Assembly: GCA_012295275.1 (NCBI GenBank)
Contig: CM022672.1
Coordinates: 14,384,001-14,448,000, forward strand
DNA from: Chrysomallon squamiferum
Taxonomy: Eukaryota; Animalia; Mollusca
Reading direction: 5' to 3'
DNA: 64,000 nucleotides
The notes beneath the pieces were generated by a model. The model was given only the letters and a program-made list of their open reading frames with translations, ran no database searches and had not been told where the DNA came from. The position numbers and the translations under genes were made by a program. Position 1 is the first letter of the stretch, and every line of letters starts with the position of its first letter. Shown in pieces: positions 59,933-64,000 of the stretch.

Positions 59933-61263
59933 GAATGAAAACAAACACGAACCTTGTTACACCATTCATTAATTGATACAGACTTTGTTTCTAAGACAGA
60001 TTACTACAGAAGCGGATATTTATAACTGGCTGGTCACGTGGAAGGAGATCATGTGACCGACCAACTGTATGAATAGCTACATCAACGTACTGTTTTACTG
60101 TTGTAATTAGGCACTGACAACAAGCACAGTCCTTTTAAACTTGTATAGAACAGAGAAGCAATAACCATTAGTTTCTGTTCTACGAAGGTCAGTACTAAAA
60201 AATAATGAGTTCATTATGTATCCTGAGGTGAGTTAATTCTAGTAAGATAAGTTAAGATTTCTCCCTCCTACTGGGACCTTCGTTAGCATGGGGAAACATA
60301 TGGTCATGTGACATGACCATATATGGCAGCTGCTGTCTAGATTTTAGGAGGAAAGAACATTCGCAGAGAGCAAGGATTGCACTCAGGATCTTAGATAATT
60401 TGTTAGTGAAGATAAGCATTTTTATATTTTAGTAATGATATTTATTTTAATATGTCTACTAAAAATAATAATTAAGATATTATATATTAAAGATGAGACA
60501 ATAATTATATTCTAAGCCATATTACTTCTCATTTTTTCTTGTACGAATCTCCCTACCTAAATATACGTTCGCATATCCTACATACATATGTATACCTACA
60601 AACACGCACATGCACGTACACACACATACACATACCTCAGACTCCACTACTCCCATTCTAGTGATTTTCTTTTAACAATAATGTCTTTACATACATAGAA
60701 ACACTCGATAAATTATTCTTGTCGTGTCTTTGTCTCACATTCACCCTTGACAAACATCTGATAACAATAATAATAAAAAAAAAACTTCACCTCAACAACG
60801 ACGTACCCAGATCCCGGCAACGGCAGAATTCCCTGAACGTCAACACAGAAAATCGTTGTCGTAATCCCCCTCCTCGCCACATTGTATGGAAATCTCTGTC
60901 CAGCATTCCATACAAATCCATTAATGACAACGGTAAATCTGAATGGCTAAATGACAACAATGGCGACCATATTGTAAAAAACATCAAAAGAATATATATA
61001 TTTTTTTTTACTCAGTTTGATTGATATAAAAGTAGGAAGGCTTTTTATCTTCGTTGTTGTAATTTTGAGGGTAACCAGAAGATAAAAAAAAATGTATTAT
61101 AGGAAGATATGGGATAAATAAATTTTGATACTAACAGATTACAGTTTTGTTTTTGAGTGTCAGCCTTTAATAATGATAAAGAATAAATATATAACAGTAT
61201 TTCTTGTATTTCATATAGAAAATCAAAATTAAAATGTCTGATAAGTGGAGATCCATTTTTGCA

Positions 61264-61294
<31 letters not shown>

Positions 61295-61314
61295 TTGAAC
61301 TACATAAAATAAAA

Positions 61315-61349
<35 letters not shown>

Positions 61350-61464
61350 ACCAAACCAACAAACCAATCAACCAACCAACAAACAAACAAAAAATAAATA
61401 AACAAAGAGGCAAATAAACAAATGAATAAATAAATAAATTATAAACAAACAAATAAATAAAAAA

Positions 61465-61495
<31 letters not shown>

Positions 61496-61498
61496 ATA

Positions 61499-61551
<53 letters not shown>

Positions 61552-62492
61552 TTATATATGTACGCATTAATGGACTTTAATAAGCCGGAACACGATCTCT
61601 GCTGCAACGTGTGTGGCAAACATGTGCGCTAAGAAATAAAAAAAAATTAAATTAACTTGATGAAGAACGAAATCATTTTCATTCATGTTTTTCTAAACAT
61701 AATGTGGTTAGGACGTTGTACAGTAATGACTTAAACAAAATCAGCAGATGCATAAATCGTAATTATACAGTAACAACAATTGTAACAACACCAGTAATAA
61801 CAATACATAAATAAATAGCAGTAGTAGTAGTAATAGTAATAGTGGTAGTAGTAGTGGTAGTGGTAGTGCTAGTGCTAGTAGTAGTAGTAGTTGTAGTAGT
61901 AGTAGTAGTAGTAAAAACAACAACAGTAATAATAAATAAAATTAAAAAAATAATAGTGGTAATAATAGTAATAATAACAACAGAACAAATAAAATAATAA
62001 ATAATATAAATAAATAAAAAATAACAATAATAATAACAAAATAACAACAACAATTATACTAAATAATAATAATAAGAACAACAACAACAATATGAACAAC
62101 AACGACGACGAAGACAGCATCAACAACGGCAACGCCAACGCTAGATAGACTATTAGACACGGACATATATTTGGAAAATGTGCAGCTAGCGCGCTGAATT
62201 TTTTTTATTACTTTAGAAAACAAAAACTTTTTTCTTCTTGAAAGTGATACGACATTAACCCGAATCTTTTCTGAAATTTCTGATCCGCTCAGTTATTTGT
62301 TTCTTTTCTTTTCTTTTCTTTTCTTTTCCTCTTCTGTTATTTTTTATTTATTTATATATTTTTTTTTTTTTTTTTTTTTTGTTGTAATAATGATCCCCCA
62401 TTCAAACCTGCCAGTGAAATAATTTAATCCTGTCGTATGTGAAATATGTACGTAATGTCACACAACCATCGAATTCTTTACGTGAATGAGTC

Positions 62493-62529
<37 letters not shown>

Positions 62530-63480
62530 CTCTGGAAAGAGTAACACCCTGTCACGCTTGTCACTGCATAATTAGATTCAGACTGGACTGACCAATCAGC
62601 AGTCAGCTCTCAAAAAAACATCAGGGGTGTAGCCAGCAGCCTGTTCCAATTTGCCTGTCAACGTAACGATGGCCACGGTGTCAGCGCCAGTGGAGAACGC
62701 AATAACACGGCGGATAAAGGTGACACCTAAATTATTAGTAAATGGCTTACATAATGAAAATGCAAAAAACTGTGTCACACCGACGAAGGGATTTATTATA
62801 ACAGACAAACAGCGGTTCTGACATTTCTGTTTAGAAGTGAATGTAGGTAACAGATGTCTTGCTGTTCTACGATTTCATCTCATTTCTTTCTTTAAAAAAA
62901 AACTTTTTAAGGGATAAGATTGTATGTCAGAGCAAGACTGAATAATAATAATAATAATAATAATAATGATGATGATGATGATGATGATGATGATAATAAA
63001 TAAATAGATAAATAAAAAGAATTTATATATATTTAACCTATGTCTAATGTTGGTGTTTGTACGGACTAATACGTTGGGGTGGGGTGGGGGGTTAGGAAGC
63101 ACCGGTCCGGAAAATGCAAAAATCTGGGAAATCACGAAATGTAAATATTAACCCGAAGCATTAAACTTTACCACACATAACAACATAATATATTAATATC
63201 ATAACGTAAGAACAATACATGGACATAAAAACAATGTAAACAAATGTCATACAAAAGTGTATGTTAAGAAAAATGTACGAAAAATGTAGCCTAGTTTGGG
63301 ATGTGTAGGTCAGGATGGGTTATGAACGCAAAAGTAAAAATCTACTCTTACCTTGATGGAAAGTGGGTTGAGAAAGAGCTGCTGTAATCACTGAGTTGGA
63401 CTCTTAATAGAAACCAGAGGTAAGCTTTCGAGTGGGTAAGGGCTGTAGTTTTGTTATTTTTTTTCAGATTTGGTCCTGAA

Positions 63481-63519
<39 letters not shown>

Positions 63520-63783
63520 GTACCCAAACGCACACAGATAGACATTATCTATACCTGTATGTATTACAGACACGCACACATACCCAACCACACAGGTACA
63601 TACATGCACGTACATATTAAATACATACTTACATATCTGTATCAGAATTAAAATACAGCACTCGAAATTGAATGTTTATCTTACGAACTGCGATGATTAG
63701 TGAATGGTGAGAAAATAGTTTATACATCTGTAACGTTTTTATTTCACTCTTAGTCATTCTGAGTAATGTATTGTTAAAGATAT

Positions 63784-63839
<56 letters not shown>

Positions 63840-64000
63840 TCTTAAAGGGAAGAGATCGTTTTTCGATGGAACTTAATGTGAATAGAGTTACTTCCCTTGA
63901 ACTAGAACTTTGGATTGCTATTGATCAAAAACAATTCTCAAAAGTTTTTCTCATTAAAAAGTAGCTACATTTATTTATTTATTTTATATTTTTTATTTTT

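Noticed and set aside
63345-63445. Donor-like GTAAG sites on both strands
   Set aside because: No matching acceptor or recognisable peptide; insufficient to call an exon.

Overview
This is AT-rich, microsatellite-dense animal genomic DNA. It is probably a mollusc (gastropod), inferred from repeat style and not proven. It holds two divergently transcribed spliced genes. (1) Minus strand: the 5' part of a myoferlin/dysferlin-type ferlin, from the ATG at 38394 through the C2A domain, linker and C2B domain; it continues beyond the left edge. I traced exons with GT-AG boundaries and consistent phases. (2) Plus strand: a complete 5-exon gene (46042-56777, 532 aa) for a secreted protein with a signal peptide, a Cys motif, a long coiled coil, one MAM domain and a basic tail. 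The most interesting structure is in the ferlin linker. Two apparently paralogous exons (9795-9990 and 5883-~6188) both end in KPxxFQ at a phase-0 donor. The second adds a pentapeptide repeat and a dileucine sorting motif (ETRPLL) and lies next to an internal CpG-rich patch. The first has a 1-nt frameshift as assembled and is preceded by a 2.8-kb satellite that reads as repeated decoy 3' splice sites and YCAY clusters. The window also contains a MITE, SINE relics, minisatellites, an inverted pair of a hairpin-bearing repeat, and a sharp CpG-poor to CpG-rich transition near 38.2 kb. All calls are by eye; no database searches were run.
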